DNA from: an uncultured virus (IMG/VR IMGVR_UViG_3300028805_000054)
Lineage: Duplodnaviria; Heunggongvirae; Uroviricota; Caudoviricetes
Virus record (IMG/VR): IMGVR_UViG_3300028805_000054
Length of the DNA stretch: 64,000 bases
Reading direction: 5' to 3' (one strand)
In this document: positions 63,000 to 64,000 of the stretch, one piece after another
How the letters are laid out: the number at the start of each line of letters is the position of its first letter
Numbering within the stretch: the first letter of the stretch is position 1
Made by a program: the position numbers and the translations under genes
The notes under the pieces: generated by a model
Told to the model about the DNA's origin: nothing
The model's database searches: none
What the model saw: the letters and a program-made list of their open reading frames with translations, nothing else

Positions 63000-64000
63000 A
63001 TGAGTGAAATAAGAAACTTAACTAGAAATGGAGAAACCTTTTATCCATTGACTTGTACCGAAGGCTTAGTTAATAGAGATGGTGATATTGTAGGTGAAAT
63101 CAATGATATTTTTGATGTCTCCGAATATAATGCCTATGGTACTCCTCCTACTCTAGCTAAATATACATCTTTGTCCTTAGCTTTAGCTGCAGTACCTTCT
63201 AGTAAGCAAAAAGGAGGTATGACTATTAGATATGTACAGACTTCTGACAATAAGTATGTACAGTATAGGTTGATGTCAAACTCTTGGAGTAGCAATGTGG
63301 GAGATTGGCAAGGAGTTGATGATGTACCAGAAAAAGGTAGTAAAAACCTGATTGAAAGTGGTGCGGTGTTTGATGCTTTAACTACAATTATGTCTGATAC
63401 GAAAGCTCAGTATGATCAGTATTCTCCTTATATCAGAAATGTCTATTTGATTCCTATTTCTAATTCTGGTGTAACCCTATTAAAAACATTAGAGAACAAT
63501 AATACTAAAATTAAAATCACATATCTTGGCATAAATAGTTCCGCAATCTCTTCAACATCCGTATTTGGACTTCAATTTAAAATAGGTGATGATAACATCG
63601 CATTTTATATTAAAAATGTTCCAAATTTTTCTGAATCAAGAATTTTTGAACTTGGCAATGTTGGCTATCATAGTGGAGGACTTGAAACAATGTTTAAATG
63701 TTTTGTTGAATTTAATGAAATGGCAGATTTTACTCCAATGGTTTTATATAATCTGCCTTCTACCTATATTAAGGTATTAAGTTCAACACAATTATCATTT
63801 CTTGCATCTTACTACAAATTATTAAAAATAGATAATAGTCCATCTTCATATTCAAGTAATGTTGTTGCAGGAAATGGAATATTTGGAATGACAAATACAA
63901 TATTTGCTCCTAATAAAGAACAGGAAGATAAATATTCACCTTATATAAAGAACATATTTTTAGTTCCTACTACTTCTGTAAAATTTAATTCTTTAAAACA
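63000..64000 (+). CDS. Partial large ORF (runs off the window), probable tail/virion protein
   Basis: MSEIRNL...KGGMTIRYVQTSDNKYVQYRLM...WQGVDDVPEKGSKNLIESG; repeated YSPYI(R/K)N unit. Confidence 0.65.
   Translation, partial: MSEIRNLTRNGETFYPLTCTEGLVNRDGDIVGEINDIFDVSEYNAYGTPPTLAKYTSLSLALAAVPSSKQKGGMTIRYVQTSDNKYVQYRLMSNSWSSNVGDWQGVDDVPEKGSKNLIESGAVFDALTTIMSDTKAQYDQYSPYIRNVYLIPISNSGVTLLKTLENNNTKIKITYLGINSSAISSTSVFGLQFKIGDDNIAFYIKNVPNFSESRIFELGNVGYHSGGLETMFKCFVEFNEMADFTPMVLYNLPSTYIKVLSSTQLSFLASYYKLLKIDNSPSSYSSNVVAGNGIFGMTNTIFAPNKEQEDKYSPYIKNIFLVPTTSVKFNSLK

Noticed and set aside
63586..63780. 64-aa track ORF
   Set aside because: It lies out of frame within the larger ORF starting at 63000 that runs off the window.
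1..64000. Stop-codon reassignment (TAG=Gln, as in Lak phages)
   Set aside because: Long conserved genes are intact in code 11, and several ORFs end at TAG followed by intergenic signals (e.g. 8733, 29700).
1..64000. CRISPR array, tRNA or rRNA genes
   Set aside because: I saw no regularly spaced direct repeats or tRNA cloverleaf with T-loop consensus. A tRNAscan run would be needed to exclude tRNAs fully.

Overview
This window looks like part of a large, AT-rich dsDNA phage genome using the standard genetic code. A Bacteroidota/Prevotella-type host is inferred from A-rich leaders without Shine-Dalgarno sites, a promoter motif resembling TAnnTTTG, and the protein types. It holds about 110 mostly small accessory ORFs in short, alternating operons. 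Recognisable genes include a fused Mre11-Rad50 (SbcD-SbcC), PncB, NadD, a Nudix hydrolase, Fmt, a 2H phosphoesterase, a Pnkp-like protein, an intact IscB with omega-RNA, Hsp20, BRCT, GNAT, HAD and metallophosphoesterase proteins, and two 716-aa paralogous SF2-helicase-like genes, each preceded by a conserved structured non-coding block. About 29 copies of an 11-bp promoter-like motif (CCTTATWNRTR) mark operon starts. The most unusual signal is a dispersed family of at least 16 ladder-like nested inverted-repeat elements. Each has 2-6 different, mostly 6-10 bp, often CG-containing stems stacked at about 13-17 nt spacing and separated by non-pairing internal loops. The architecture is conserved but the sequence is not. 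They occur in apparently untranscribed gaps and also inside protein-coding genes, which points to a structure-coded, probably ssDNA-level system. A second highlight is the IscB element: its predicted guide is the original start of the gene it interrupts, and its 3' end supplies a recoded copy of that start with two mismatches. All protein assignments come from motifs read by eye; no database searches were run.
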